Notes: generated by a model not told the origin, from the letters alone. 64,000 bases of DNA from Phoronis australis (GCA_002633005.1 NMRA01000022.1:1019028-1083027), one strand, 5' to 3'. Counted from the first letter of the stretch, positions 1 through 12,803 are shown. Made by a program: numbers and translations.

Positions 1-191
1 TGGACATTAGGGTGTTTAACCTCATTTAAGCATACTTTTATTCTCTACAGCACGTATTCTCAACGAGTCAGTAGGCCCCGGCCACCGACTTAGAATTCAT
101 GTTGCCGCTTTAGTTTTTCAAATGCAGTGTGGGCTTAAACCGGGTGATTAACATTAGGGGACATCACAGCGACTTGTATAGGTGTAACCTG

Positions 192-340
192 GCGTGCGTT
201 CAGTAACGCTAGGACCTACACTAGGACCCAGCTAAAATCTAACCAAAGTAACGTGATCTCCTTTAAAATACACGCAATATCTCACTTAATCTGGCGAAGT
301 CTTGCTTTTTAGCGAGGTGCTAGCATTACTGAACGGGAGG
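192..340. mobile_element. MITE, Harbinger-like (imperfect TIR, CTG target duplication); related partial copies at ~47060-47118 and ~49141-49260
   Basis: Left end GCGTGCGTTCAGTAACGCTAG and right end CTAGCATTACTGAACGGGAGG are inverted. CTG flanks both sides (189-191, 341-343). The internal sequence recurs twice in the window. Confidence 0.55.
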
Positions 341-832
341 CTGATTTATAATTTGGCTAGTGGGATTTGACGTCAGCGTGATCAGATGGCGCGAGAATCT
401 TACGCGCAAAAGGCTTGATGTTGTATGCATTTTTTTTCAGTGCATTTTTCATGCTCGTTTTCAATCTTTATTTTTCTACGATAATTGCTTTGTTATACTT
501 GCAACAATAGCATGCCGCAGCGGACCTGTGCTATCAATTCTGCCGGGTGCATGCAATTCACAAGTGTCATTGTCTTCCATCATATTGTTTACACGTAGAT
601 CTACGTCCCGAAAGTACCTGGGATGTCACCGATGTTTACATGGCGTCAACCGTCCCACAACGCCTTTGGAAAACGACATCAGTGTCCCGAATTGACGGAT
701 TAGTTCACTTTCATATCTAAATTGTATTGATTTCAATTAATTCACATGCGGGAACAAATGATCCTACAAATTTATGTCGTAACGGTTAATTCTGGCAAAC
801 ATGTCGTTCATGTACTCAAGTGTGCATTTCAG

Positions 833-1078
833 ACCAAAATACATGTGGTTGAGAAATCCACTGGAAGAGTCCTGCTCCAAAAGTACACATGTCCTCCACA
901 GTTTGTGTTCCATCATATCAATGCGTACGAAGACGGCGGCCATATTGTGATGGATGTCGTGGACAATGGAGATGGTTCGCTTATAAAGAAATTAACTTTG
1001 GACTTCTACATAAAGCAGGACGGTAGTCCTTCCTCAGGAACAGCTCTACGATACGTATTTCCTCTGTCAGTCCCTGAG
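833..1078 (+). CDS. Carotenoid oxygenase paralog A (BCO1/BCO2/RPE65 family), internal exon equivalent to exon 7 of paralog B; upstream exons lie outside the window
   Basis: tttcAG|ACC...GAG|GTat. Encodes TKIHVVEK...FHHINAYEDGGHIVMDV...RYVFPL with the third Fe-binding His. Same 246-bp length as the paralog B exon. Confidence 0.93.
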
Positions 1079-3057
1079 GTATAAATGTGGCATATTTTTT
1101 TTCCATTTTATGTTGGTAATATATTATATAACGGCAATTTTTCCCAAGAGCTTTGCTTTCTGGCACTTACGGTGGCTTGCATTTCGGGAACCAGTTTTCT
1201 CCACTGAATAACAAGCGTCAAACTGATAGTCAAAATGCGGCTCCTGTAAGTGACTAATACCGATTTCTGTGGTTGGCAGCTTTTACACTCAGGTGAAGTG
1301 ACATCTGTCCATTGAGCATATTCCGCGTTAGCTCTGTGTTAACTGGTCCTTAACTTTTGATGACAAAATTGTTTTTACCTAAGTGATCGTTTAAGTGCCA
1401 GTGAAAAACTTGACTACTACATGTAGGTAAATGTAAGTGTAATTTCGGTTTTTGCTCCAATTCATGTATGATTCCTATCAGCATTGAATTCCATACAACT
1501 GATTAAAAACATGAGTTAAAAAACGATGCCCCAAGACGCCTAAATGCTTCACTGTAGTTCAATGTTTCAGAAGGACGCTTTAGTTTGAAATATTTAGAGG
1601 CCATTTCATTCAATTCAACCTTCTAAACATTGAAAACACGAAATTTAGCTCACATTTTTTTTCTCAGTTTTCCATATTTTCACAGTAGCATTGGTTTCTA
1701 TCGTCCAACGTACATGTAGCCCAATTTTGAGCGGACTGACCCAAGTCGTCAACTAAATGGTGTTTTTACATTTTCTTTTTTTTTTACCCCCTGATGATCT
1801 GAATTGTTTGTTTTGGGATGGAAATGAATTTTGATTATGGTGTGGAAAACTTTGAAAGCGGCAAAGTTCGTAATACTGAGAAATCTGGTACTCTACTGTT
1901 TGCTTTACAGACAGAGAGTACAACCGAAGCACCCTTTCAATGAGTTTACTTAAGACCATTTTCCGAGGTTCACACTGACACAAAATTTTGCACGCACTCT
2001 AACGCCATATGAATAAACCACTGAAAGAGCACCTCAGAAGTCCTCTCACCGTGTCAGACATGAGTCGATCATGTTTCTAAAAATGTGAACCAGCACTGCG
2101 AAATAATTTTCTCTTGCCTTCTTTCCTAGAACATTGTTCCTTCATCGTAGGGTAGAAGCTCAAAAACATTAGGAATTCTTATTGAACACATTTCATATTT
2201 ACATTACGTTCATTTACGTTCATTCATTTTTGTTCGATTTCTTGTAAATTAGAGGCTAAGACAAAAAATACACTTCATTTTTATTAATTGCAAGTTTATT
2301 GGCATTGTGAATTTCAATTTTGTTTCTGTTGTACTGTTTGATTCAAACTGTCATTAAAACATACGCCAATCTCCGCTTTACTTGACGCCAATCTCCGCTT
2401 TACTTGACGCTGAGTATATAACAGACGGCCATAAGAGATGGATTAGTCTCATAAGGTTCATAAACGAACAAGTTCAATTTCAGCTCCGATGTCCATATCC
2501 CAAATTCTACAGACCGTTCCAAGTGAAGGAATATTTACCGTATATAGCGTTGGACTGCGTGATGAGTTTTGAATGCTGGACAAGAACTAGTCTTTGTGTT
2601 TTGATTTTAGCGCATGTTCCTTGACTGACACCAAATTCGCCAGACATTCCTTGCTCTGTCGGTTTTCTCTCCTGGTTGTCACCAAAGTATACCATTTAAA
2701 CGTCAAAATTTACCAGATACTATGTTGTTAATCAAAATTGTCGTCCTCTTTCAATTAGTGCGTAAACGAGTAGTCAAGGCTGAAATGAGCTAAGCCTGTC
2801 ACAGTGGACTTCCATGCAGTGTAGAACTGCCTTGCTATGATGGCATCGGTTTCAACATTCAGCTGGACCTGAGTGATGACCCGAGACTAAATTGGTCAGC
2901 CATCTAACTGTGGATGCAATGTGTGATTCTGCGTTGGGTGGTTACTGATAATAAAAGATTTTTTGGACAGAGCTTAAAGGGGCAAGGGGCCAACTTTGAC
3001 TTTCGTATAATTTAGCAGATGGGATAAAGTTCTGAAATCCATGAGAAGACTAATTAA

Positions 3058-3405
3058 AGCTGTGTTTCGCCCTGTTTAGGTGCCCAAAAACTAAAATCGA
3101 TTTACAAATTTTATTCTCAAAGAATCGATTTCATAATACTCCTTGACTGTGATAGGATTCCATGTTACTCAAGTTACATGCAATGCATGGGCTTGCATGC
3201 GCTATTTTCGAATTAGCAAGTTCACGGTTGGACAACTCCAATAAACTCTGGGGCATTTTGAGTCTTTCATTTCATCGTTATTTTCTTGTCCGTACCGGAA
3301 ATGGGATCCATAACGATAAGGGATATTATGAAACCGATTTAATGAGAGTAAAAATACTTTATTAGTTTTTTGTTTTTAGCCTGCTAAACAGGGCGAAATG
3401 CAGCT
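3058..3405. mobile_element. Non-autonomous Kolobok-like MITE
   Basis: TIRs AGCTGTGTTTCGCCCTGTTTAG / CTAAACAGGGCGAAATGCAGCT, flanked by TTAA and CTAA; AG...CT termini. Confidence 0.6.
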
Positions 3406-3546
3406 CTAATCGATAATCGAATGTATTTTTTGCCTCTAATCTGCATTTACTCTCAAACGTCGTATTGTGTTCCTGTTTGACTGTGCAGTGCACCACATCT
3501 CATTGCAGTACTTACCCGTCAGAGTAAGTTTTGTTAATTCTTGCAG

Positions 3547-3652
3547 GGAGCAAAAACAGGAAACAACCTAGTTTCTCTGGAAACAACTGCTACGGCCATT
3601 TTGAATAAAGACGGTTCCATTCACTGCCAAGGGGAAACATTGTGCGAATCAG
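3547..3652 (+). CDS. Carotenoid oxygenase paralog A, exon (GAKTGNNLVSLETTATAILNKDGSIHCQGETLCES)
   Basis: ttgcAG|GGA...TCAG|GTag. Matches the family NLVxL..TTATA segment and is homologous to 22080-22194. Confidence 0.9.
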
Positions 3653-4490
3653 GTAGCATTTTGAACAACCGTTGCTGTTTAACGAATTCAACAGACAACA
3701 CATACCACGAAAAGCTTGTTGAAATTGAGGATTTATTAATTGTCGATATAGATTCTAGTATCAAAGGAAAGAACGAAGTTAGTAAAAAAAACCCCGACTT
3801 TTAGTGTCCGTGCAGTTTTTTCACATCACTCGGTCAATATCATGCGGTTATTTGATGGAAACTTGTTTGTCATAACTTACCCACGTTTGGTTGTTGTTTC
3901 TGTCCACAACTGTCAATGATTTTCAATTATTATGTGAATCATCACGTAAAAATCGTAAAATGTTGCAATTCTTTAAAGCGGCAATAATCCCGTGCTTTCT
4001 GTCAAAACAAGTTTTGAATTAATTTTGACTGGAAAAACTTAAAACCAATTTCATAACGTTAATGGGCCTAAATCAAAACTAATTTTTACCACAAAGCAAG
4101 GATTTAATGTCACGTTAAAAAGCACAGAAAATTGTGTTCTTGAATACAATGCCTGGACGTTTGCAGTCCCGTGACCGCTCTTGAAACTTTCACAGATTTT
4201 AACTTCCTTTGACGAAAAATTCATTCACACTAATCATGCAAAGTCTGTTTCCGTTTTCTTCTTACATCAGAAACCTATCTTATATAACTTAACTTATCAA
4301 GAATTTGACTGCCTTTCAAGCACTGTTGGTGTTGAATAATCACTGCTGTATCGATGCAGATAAGATTTATGTTAAGGCTGGTATTTGAGGACCTTTGTGC
4401 GCCTAATTGTTTAGGAAAAATCCACTTGAAAGTTTTTTTCCTGTTTGTTTTCTTTTGCCTATCGGTTATACACTATGATGATCCTTTCAG

Positions 4491-4703
4491 GTTTTGAACT
4501 GCCAACGGTGAACTTAAAATACAACGCGAGAAAATACCGCTATTTTTACGCATGCGGGGTTTTCAATAAGGGCACATTTTCCAACACGGTTCTCAAATGC
4601 GATTTACAAACGAAGGAAGTGAAGACGTGGAAAGCTTCAGACACAGCTTTTCCCAGTGAACCTATATTTGTACCAGCACCGGACGCTGCTGAGGAGGACG
4701 ACG
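4491..4703 (+). CDS. Carotenoid oxygenase paralog A, penultimate exon (GFELPTVN...YRYFY...FPSEPIFVPAPDAAEEDDG)
   Basis: tttcAG|GT...GACG|GTaa. Carries the FELP, PSEPIFV and EDDG family motifs; 213 bp. Confidence 0.95.
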
Positions 4704-5323
4704 GTAATTCTAGCCTGTTATAAACTGGCAACATGGTTTGATTGTCGTATACGATTCACGGCTAATCGGGCAGTGTGCAAAAATGCTTCGACACGATTTT
4801 GTCGTTTCGGGTGGACGCCCTGAAATTGTTCTTCGAATTTACTTCAACTTATGAGATCACTAGCCAATCAATGAGTGTTATTGAGATCACTAGCCAATCA
4901 GTGGGCGTTATTAGTGACATGAGGCACACATTGATCACATGACATTAAAATAATACAATGTGCACTGAGGCGGTTCATGAATGGTACTGTTCAGCTCTAC
5001 CACAGCGTTCCGGAAATATGCCAATCTTGTAATATGTCAAGAACATGTAATCATATGCCGCAATTAGCTTCGTATGGCCAGCAGTGCTTTCAACGAGGCT
5101 ATTTTTATAACATTGGCTAAAACCGACGAAACTGTTTTCTTAATTGGCCAGAAAAGTTACGAGAATTAGCAGATGAATTGTTGTTAGAGCCGGCCCGAAA
5201 GCGTATTTTTGCACTGGCGTAAAATACCAGCTTTGAAGCCAGACATCAAATGATACCAAAGTTTAGTGTAAAATGTCTAGTTTTTAACTGTTCGTAATTG
5301 TAATTTTACAACAACCGTTGCAG

Positions 5324-5475
5324 GTGTGGTGCTATGTGGCGTCACCGATGTCTCGCCAGATGTACCAGACTTTCTTGTTCTTCTCGACGGAAAAACGCTG
5401 ACAGAAATTGGCCGGGCATCCATTCCCGACAATGCACGAATTCCTTACGGATTGCACGGACAGTTTTTATATTGA
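5324..5475 (+). CDS. Carotenoid oxygenase paralog A, last exon (VVLCGV...FLVLLDGKTLTEIGRA...IPYGLHGQFLY*)
   Basis: ttgcAG|GT; GLHG carries the fourth Fe-binding His; TGA at 5473-5475; AATAAA at 5912-5917. Confidence 0.94.
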
Positions 5476-5730
5476 CAAGGTCGGATATGAGACGGGTATA
5501 GTTTCATGGCCTTTTATAGTCAGCTAGAGCAGTGGTCGTTGTAGTAATGTACACGTGCTATAGATTTATTTATACTGGATAAAAACCTGTTCAGTGAATA
5601 CAACACTGATTTCTAACAGGGCCCGGGTAATGCATAGGCATTTAAAAGAAAGATATAGGTGCATAAACAACAATTTAGATAATAAGAGAATTCAGCAATA
5701 TTGAAAATAGAAGGGAAACAAGAACAACAG

Positions 5731-5763
5731 CAAGAAAAAGAAGAAGAAGAAGAAGAAGAAGAA
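5731..5763 (+). repeat. (GAA)n microsatellite, probably in the 3' UTR of paralog A
   Basis: Direct reading of gaagaagaag... Confidence 0.85.
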
Positions 5764-6488
5764 CACCCTTTTGACATAATACCATAAAGCATGCTTGTAT
5801 AGTTTTATGTTTTAAGCTGTTAAAGTTTAAGTCGAGGACCACTCCATTGCTGCAGCTTAGCAGCTCTGTTCTGAAAGTATCGTTTCCTGAAGTTTGTTTT
5901 AACGTTATGCAAATAAATATCGCCGGTTGAGGGAAGATTTGGTCACTTTTTCTTTGGTTGGGTTTACAACCATAATACTGTCACGCACAGATACATGTTG
6001 TCCGGAGCTAGTTTGTTGACACACTTGGACATAATTAATGCTATAATGCCCGTTGGTAAACAAAACGTGTTTTCCTGCTTTTAACTGTTAAAACAAGTGC
6101 ATAATTACTTTCAGACAGTCAAACTCTGCTTGCAGGAGAATCATTATAGCACAATACTCTGACGTGGCTAAGACTAGGTTGAGTTCAAGGTATTTAACTT
6201 TCAGAGCCTTTGCTTTAGTTAGGGATTTCTCTATGATGGAGCGCCCCTCATTTCATGAACCACTAATAACACCCGTGGGCTCCATTCCGATCACACTATA
6301 AATAAAACACAAAGTTTAACTTGCCTTTATTTCGCAGTGCTCCATTTTTATGACGCGTCACTAAATCAAAGCTGTATTTCGTCGTCTTTAGTCTCACAGA
6401 ATTGGCCTCCTTTCCGTGACAGGATTCCATCTTTCTTCCAAATAAAAAAATTGCAATGAGCCATTTTGGAATTTGCAATCTTAAGGGG

Positions 6489-6635
6489 CAGTGCTGTAAT
6501 GGGGCGAAGGCGCACTTAGGCGCAGACAACCACCTATTGGAATTTGAACGTAGCGCCTACGCACCATAAGTTACGTTCAGTGCTCAAGGTGATACGGTGG
6601 GCTTTGGGCGCCTACTTACCTCTAAGCTTACCACC
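6489..6635. mobile_element. hAT-like MITE, partial inverted copy of the element at 22519-22675
   Basis: Starts CAGTGCTGTAATGG; its body is the reverse complement of 22530-22670. Confidence 0.6.
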
Positions 6636-7303
6636 AATAAACTCTGAAGCACTTTTCTGAGTCGCTGAAGATTTCGATGTTCTTGTTGGTAACGGAAAGG
6701 GAATCCTATCATGATAAGGAATATTGTGGGTCCACTTAGATTTTGTTTTTTATCCAGATAAACAAGGGAATTACAGATTTATCTAGTTGTCCTATAAGTC
6801 AAAGTTTGTCTAATTACGATTCAATAGTTCGCCGCACTACATCAATTTTGCTGTGTATCTTTCTCAAGGAAACTCATCAATACGCCGACGTGCAGTGTCC
6901 CATGTGTTGCCGCCAAACTTAAGAGCCGTTGATTTTGTATAACCCTGTACCCCGGAGTAAAGGCTCACTTGGCATTGCATAATTTTAATTTCGAACACCA
7001 GGGTTGAAAATGGTTTAGCTCTACCGAACAACAAAAGCGCACACATACATGCACGCTGCTGAATGGATTCAATCAATACCATATCAAGGCTTGCTGAGTC
7101 CAAGTAATTTTTAGTTCAATCAAGTCATAACGCTCCTATGGTCGCAGTAGCCGTCCTGAATACCCAACGACGTCCTTAGGCGATTGGCTCCACAGGTTCC
7201 GTTACAGCGAAGATTCGACTTAGCAACGAAATTTATCGTCCAAGCCTGTGAGAAATTACAGAAAATCCGCCTGTTCTTCATTCCATGACGGAGTGGTTAC
7301 ACA

Positions 7304-7448
7304 ATGTCCAAGCAAGCGGATGTATTCATGGCCACCGAATGCCCTATTGGTTGCACGAAGGAAGATTTGAACAAGAATGATGGACGGGTGTCTCGTCTGT
7401 TCACAACGTATAAGGAACAATTTGAACCCGTGAAAGCTCTGGTCAGAG
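7304..7448 (+). CDS. Carotenoid oxygenase paralog B, exon 1 (MSKQADVF...LFTTYKEQFEPVKALVRG)
   Basis: ACAATG start; family N-terminal F...E..EPV.A.V.G pattern; AGAG|GTtagt donor, phase 1, matching exon 2. Confidence 0.82.
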
Positions 7449-7527
7449 GTTAGTGATATTTTGATAGTTTTTACTAATCTCGAGGCCGGTGGACAGAAGG
7501 TGGTTGTTCCATGATCTAGTTTCGCAG

Positions 7528-8068
7528 TGTTGTGATATTATACAGTTCTTATACACGGGCAGGCCACAGTCGCTATTTAATAGTCTTGTACAGAAACGGT
7601 GTCAACTTAGGTATTGATCCGAAATGAGAACAGCACAACGAGCTCGGGAGGAGCCCGAGAATTGCTTGGGACTAAACTATTGGCAACCGAGTTCGGGAGG
7701 AGGCCGAAAGCTGCACGAATAGTTAGAGTTTGGTATGAGTGAGAGTGTAGATGTTGACTTCTTGGGCTCTGCCACTGGACTCCTCGTGTAGTAGTGGGAG
7801 GGCGAAACCCTAGGACAGCTTCGCGATATCGGACGCCTTCTGTCTGACAGAGACGAAGTTTTAGTATACATGTACAATTTCAACCAATCAGACACGATCT
7901 GAGGCCGGGCTAGGCCCATAGTTCCTAGGATCTGACCAAGCATGCCCAAATTTGGTTATGTCCAAAGGACCCAAAGATATAAGAAAAATCCACACGTAAC
8001 GTACACCTTGTCCACCAGAGGGCGCATATATCTAAGATATTAATCGTGTTCAGGGCACTCCTGTTACA
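7528..8068 (-). mobile_element. Possible solo LTR in intron 1 of paralog B
   Basis: The minus strand reads TGTAACA...CACAACA (TG...CA) over ~540 bp of more GC-rich sequence. No matching TSD seen. Confidence 0.3.
8012..8025 (+). promoter_or_regulatory. Canonical CTCF-type motif CCACCAGAGGGCGC
   Basis: Matches the bilaterian CTCF core consensus; binding not shown. Confidence 0.4.
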
Positions 8069-9890
8069 AAATTTTGAAAAAGAATATAGCACCAGGCCGT
8101 TTGCATATTATGTGTATGTCAGTCTTTCATATCCATCTCATGCCCAAAAATACGAAAATTAGCCTTAAGAAGTTTGAAATATAGTCATTGAAGATGCATA
8201 TCATAGAATAAACATACCGTCTCAATTGATTCGTTTCGAAAAACCCTGGGCTGTCGGTAGCTAGGTATAAGTTTTGAAGGTGGGTGCAGCTGGATAATTA
8301 GGATACTCAGAGAATGGACTCGAAACCGAGAGTGGCTCATCTGGAGTGTTTCCACATTACAAAGTAAATTGCCCATCAGGCGAGGCGAAGTGTACTGTAT
8401 GCGAAGCAGGTGCGAAGCATGAGTCGCCATCATTACGCAAGGTAGTCCAGTGACTCGCCTCAGGCCATATCATACACCGGTAGCAGATTCATGTCATTGT
8501 ATTGGACCATATGGTTTTGGACAGTATGCTGGAGGACTCGGAAGGACCGATTGTAATTTTCCTATATCCAGATTAATTTTGATGCTTCAAAAACGAATTG
8601 TGAATATTTGTTGACAAAATCAACCAAATTCGGGTATCAGAAACACAAAAATAGGTAAAAATAATGTTTCAGTGAAGCTGGAAAAGGTTGATTTGAGCCA
8701 ACCAAACCCAGAGAGGAAGCTGTACTGACTTAACTCGGGTCTGAGCACAGCGCCGACGTAAACTGCGAAATTAACTAAACCGTTGATACGGGATTCGGTA
8801 GTTAACGGACATCGAAGTAAACGGTATCTGACGCTGCTGTCGTCGAAATAAACGCAAGCTAGCGTTGGTGCATAGTGTATACGCTAACCACGCTAAGAAT
8901 TTTTAAATGTAAATCTGGGGGTATTTACATGTGCTAATTGACATAAAACTTACTTCTAATGCGATTGGTGCTTATTCGAGCAAAATACAAGCAGCTATAG
9001 CGACGACACTGCCCTTTAATTGTGGACGATTACAGCGTCCCCTGGCGATAAATTCGATGGGGCCGAAGTCGACGCTCCGCTGTTAAATCAACCTGTTTGT
9101 TGCAAAGTTAACTGGCGCCGTTAATTTCCATCCAGGTCGGAAGTTAACCGTTCATACTGACCGCAGCTCCCCAAAACATTGAAGCGTCGATGTTAGCATG
9201 AAAGGGCCTTAATAGAATGTGATGACGTTACTTTGGAAGAGCAAATACGCTTGTGGATAAAGTTGATCTTTTTATCATGTTTTGTGGCGGCTAATAAAAA
9301 AAAAAAAAAAAATAACTGGAACAAGAAAACGCCCCGATATGAACGTTATGTCTGGGTACAGAGAAAATGCCGCTTGTGAGAGAGAATGATACATTCATAT
9401 GAAATCCTGATAGGCGTGTCATCATAATTAAGTTGGACGGTGACACAGTGTTTTGTTGAAGATACTAAGATGAATAGTTTTTCTCCGTGGTTTTCTGAGA
9501 TGATAATAATAACAATAACAATAATAATGATAATAATTATAAATTTCGCAGACCATAAAAGAGTTCTAGGTTCACTATTCGGTGAATGCCAACCAGACCA
9601 CTTTCAACTGTTAGCAGTAGTTAACCTAATGTTTCTATACTTTTGGGCACTGTGGGGTGACCTTCTGTAGGAACACTCGGTGTTTTACTTTGACGATGCC
9701 TTTTTATCAATTAAAACGGCATGTCGTGTTTGACGATGATTTTCTTGGTTATTGCCGTTATTTCCAAATTCTTAAATCTCATGACCAAACTCTAACGGTA
9801 CAAGTATGATGATGACTGAAATCGTCTGAAATTAATCGTCATTCTGTCCTTTCTTACACAAGTCTCTAAAACCAATCAAATACTATTTAG

Positions 9891-10041
9891 GTAAGATTCC
9901 TGTATGGTTGGACGGTGACTTAGTTCGAACTGGACCAGGGATGTTCGAGATTAACGGCGAGAAGTACAAACATCTTTTCGATGGAATGGCCATTTTGCAA
10001 AGGTTTTCAATCAAGGACGGAGAGGTTACCTTCCAAAGCAA
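9891..10041 (+). CDS. Carotenoid oxygenase paralog B, exon 2 (KIPVWLDGDLVRTGPGMFE...HLFDGMAILQRF.IKDGEVTFQSK)
   Basis: tttAG|GT...AA|GTaagt. Hallmark IP.WL.G.L.R.GPG and H.FDG motifs. Confidence 0.96.
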
Positions 10042-10321
10042 GTAAGTTATTGTTATGATTTGGCACTTTCTCCTGAAGCTCGTCTTTATATGTTTTGGTC
10101 AGTGCGGTATATATTAGACTGTGTAAAAGGTGTTTGACAGTTTTTAGACGTTACTTTATTTCTGTTTTTGTTGATAAAGGAAGTTGTTACCTCCGAAAAT
10201 TTCAAATTTCAGTTGATCCATTCTTGTTGTTTTATTTACCGATTTAAAGAAATAAAGAAAATAGGAAACATAAATGACGTGTAAAGTTTCGAAAGTGTCG
10301 GCCAGTGTTCTAGCTTGACAT

Positions 10322-10587
10322 CATGGGCGCAGCCAGGGGAGGGGGGGGGGGGCTCGAACAACCCCCAATTGGCGAATTGGGCAAAAAGGTCCACCTCAGT
10401 GAAACAAAAAGTCCGAGTAAACGAGAGAAAAGTCCACACAATTCACGGGAAGTCGGCGCGGATGCACGGTGAGTGGGTCTGAACCTAGTGGCCCCGTTTT
10501 TTAGTTCTCGTGGATTTCTTTCAGTAAAAGGTCCGCATACCGAAAAATTCGAGCCCCCCCCTATATTTTAGGCTGGATGCGCGCATG
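10322..10587. mobile_element. Poly-G MITE with 5-bp TSD (hAT5-like or unclassified)
   Basis: TIRs CATGGGCGCAGCCAG / CTGGATGCGCGCATG; GACAT duplicated at 10317-10321 and 10588-10592. Confidence 0.7.
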
Positions 10588-10734
10588 GACATCATTGTCA
10601 AGTTTTCCTTCTATTCTTATTAATGTTGCCGAAATATAATTCAGTGCGGATACCCATCGCTATTACTGGAGCAGTACTACAATTGTTATCATGGTTGATT
10701 ACTGTTGCAGTTTAGGTAATTATTTTCATCACAG

Positions 10735-10842
10735 GTACTTACGCAGCGATTCGTTCAAGGCCAACATGGAAAAACAAAGAATAGCTGTCTCCGAGTTCGG
10801 AACTCTTGCTACGCCAGATCCTTGCGACTCGTGTTTCAAAAG
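10735..10842 (+). CDS. Carotenoid oxygenase paralog B, exon 3 (YLRSDSFKANMEKQRIAVSEFGTLATPDPCDSCFKR)
   Basis: acAG|G...AG|GTag; SEFGT...PDPC motif; phase 2/2. Confidence 0.95.
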
Positions 10843-12154
10843 GTAGCTCTACGCGCGTAAGAGTCCAGAGAAATAATTAATTCCAAAGATCTAAATTTCA
10901 TGTGTATGGATTCAAAATATTTCTATTATATAAACCCGAAAAAACATGAATTTTGATATAGACAGCTTCTCGCTATCAACCTGGTATCATTTTGTTCGGT
11001 ACACAGATAAGAAATCAGTTCTGAGCCGGTAAAAACCTGATAGTTCGTTATTGCTTTAGAACCATAAAATGACCCGCCTTGACCACCCAAATTGTAGAGC
11101 CTGGTCTTAAGCAAAAATGTTCTGCCAGAAATAAGCGCTGGTTGGACTAAGGAAAGTTTTGAGACCAATTTCATCTGTGTAAGAGGTCAAGTCAGCAGTT
11201 CTTCTTGCGACGGAAGGAGGATTCTTTATACCTTTGCGGCGAGAGAGCGTCCTCGAAATTGTGGAAAACAGTAACAGTAATTTTCGTCTTTTGAATCGAC
11301 TTTTCAGTTGCGGTAAAAACAGAAACGTGTGAATTTTGACAAACTCTTTCGCATGTTTGTATAGGTCGCTGCCTGCACAGCCCATTTCAGAAATGGCCTC
11401 TGTATTCCTATCCCAAGGTGGCGATGCCGTCTCGTTCTCGAGTCGGTTCACCTAGAACTGTCACACAACATGTAAATATACGACATCCCTTAAACCGCTC
11501 AAATATTTCAATTTACGAGAAAGGAAAGAATGAGAAATTATCGCACACAGAAAGTGTCGTTTGGCTCTTGATGCCCGATATCGCAGGATAACACCATGCT
11601 TTTTCATCTAGAAATACCGCACTCGGTTACATGAGAAGATATTATCTGATCGGATCTACGGGAGCTAATGCTCTAGTGTTGCCTTGCAAAGTAATAATGA
11701 TATTAGCTCTTAAATAGAGCTGAAAGTCCACTGGAGGGATTTTCTCCACATAATGAATTGGATATAAAGCAAAAGAATGGGAGGAAAAAATTCTTATTCA
11801 GTGTGTTAGTACTAACCAAGTCAAATTCCCTTGACACGTTTGGAAACCACAAGCGGCCTTACCGTTGTATTTCGCCTGTGTTTACTTCCTCTTACAAACA
11901 ACGAATCGAATCGTTTGTCATCTTCTACTCTTAGTTTTTGACTTAATGACGTCATGTAGTGACCCGAAAGCCAACCAATGAGCCCAGTTAATGCTTGACG
12001 TACAATTCGAGTGTGACGTACATGGCACTTGATTCTAAACTTTCACTGTGCGCACTTCCAACTGTTGGTGTACCGACTACAAATCCTATGCGTTCAGCTT
12101 GATATATCGCGTGATTCCGTACAGACATTTTGCAACTGATCATTATCTTTTCAG

Positions 12155-12299
12155 GTTCACTGCTACGTTTACTCAGAAAAAAGCAACTGACAATTGCTGT
12201 GTCAATATAATTCCTTTTAAAAATGACGAGGTTTACGTTGCCACGGAAACTCCTTACATACGCAAGTTTAATCTTCCGTCGTTAGACACACTGGAAAAG
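12155..12299 (+). CDS. Carotenoid oxygenase paralog B, exon 4 (TDNCCVN...YVATET...LDTLEK)
   Basis: tttcAG|G...AAG|GTtag; TDN and ATET (second-sphere Glu) motifs. Confidence 0.95.
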
Positions 12300-12652
12300 G
12301 TTAGCTATTGAAATTTCGTGGAAAAGATAATGTCTAAATATAAGCTCAAATGAGCGTTACAGATATCCTCCGTATTTTATTGTAAACTGTGTAGAAACTT
12401 TCCTAAGCTCTACTTTGACTTTGTGCCTCTAACTTGTTGTGTTCTGTATCCCACACCATCTGCTCCAATCATGGGACTCCAAAACTTTTGGACTCTCTTC
12501 TTCTCGGCCCATTTGATGCAATCTGGCCCATTTGCTGCAATCTGTAGAAGATTATGAAGAGCTGCCACTGACTTCCATTGCCACTTCCCACCCCCTCAAG
12601 TCATAATCCTGGATCCGCGCTCGGGTATCGTCCTCATGCTGTTGTGTTGTAG

Positions 12653-12803
12653 GTTGATCTTCAGCAACTGGTTGCAGTCAACATGGCTACTGCACATCCA
12701 CATTTTGAACAAGACGGTACAATGTATAATATTGGAAGCTCGTATGACGGCAAACCACATTTCTGCGTCATCAAAGTCCCACCAGCTGACCTGAAAATTA
12801 ACG
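12653..12803 (+). CDS. Carotenoid oxygenase paralog B, exon 5 ([28 protein letters not shown]...)
   Basis: tgtAG|GTT...AACG|GTtagt; TAHPH carries the first Fe-binding His. Confidence 0.96.

Noticed and set aside
360-695. 111-aa ORF, and most other short ORFs in the supplied track
   Set aside because: Alternative (GTG/TTG) starts, no recognisable motifs, and intronic or repeat locations; expected by chance.
2363-2410. Short direct duplication (ACGCCAATCTCCGCTTTACTTG twice)
   Set aside because: Simple slippage duplication in an intron with no further structure.
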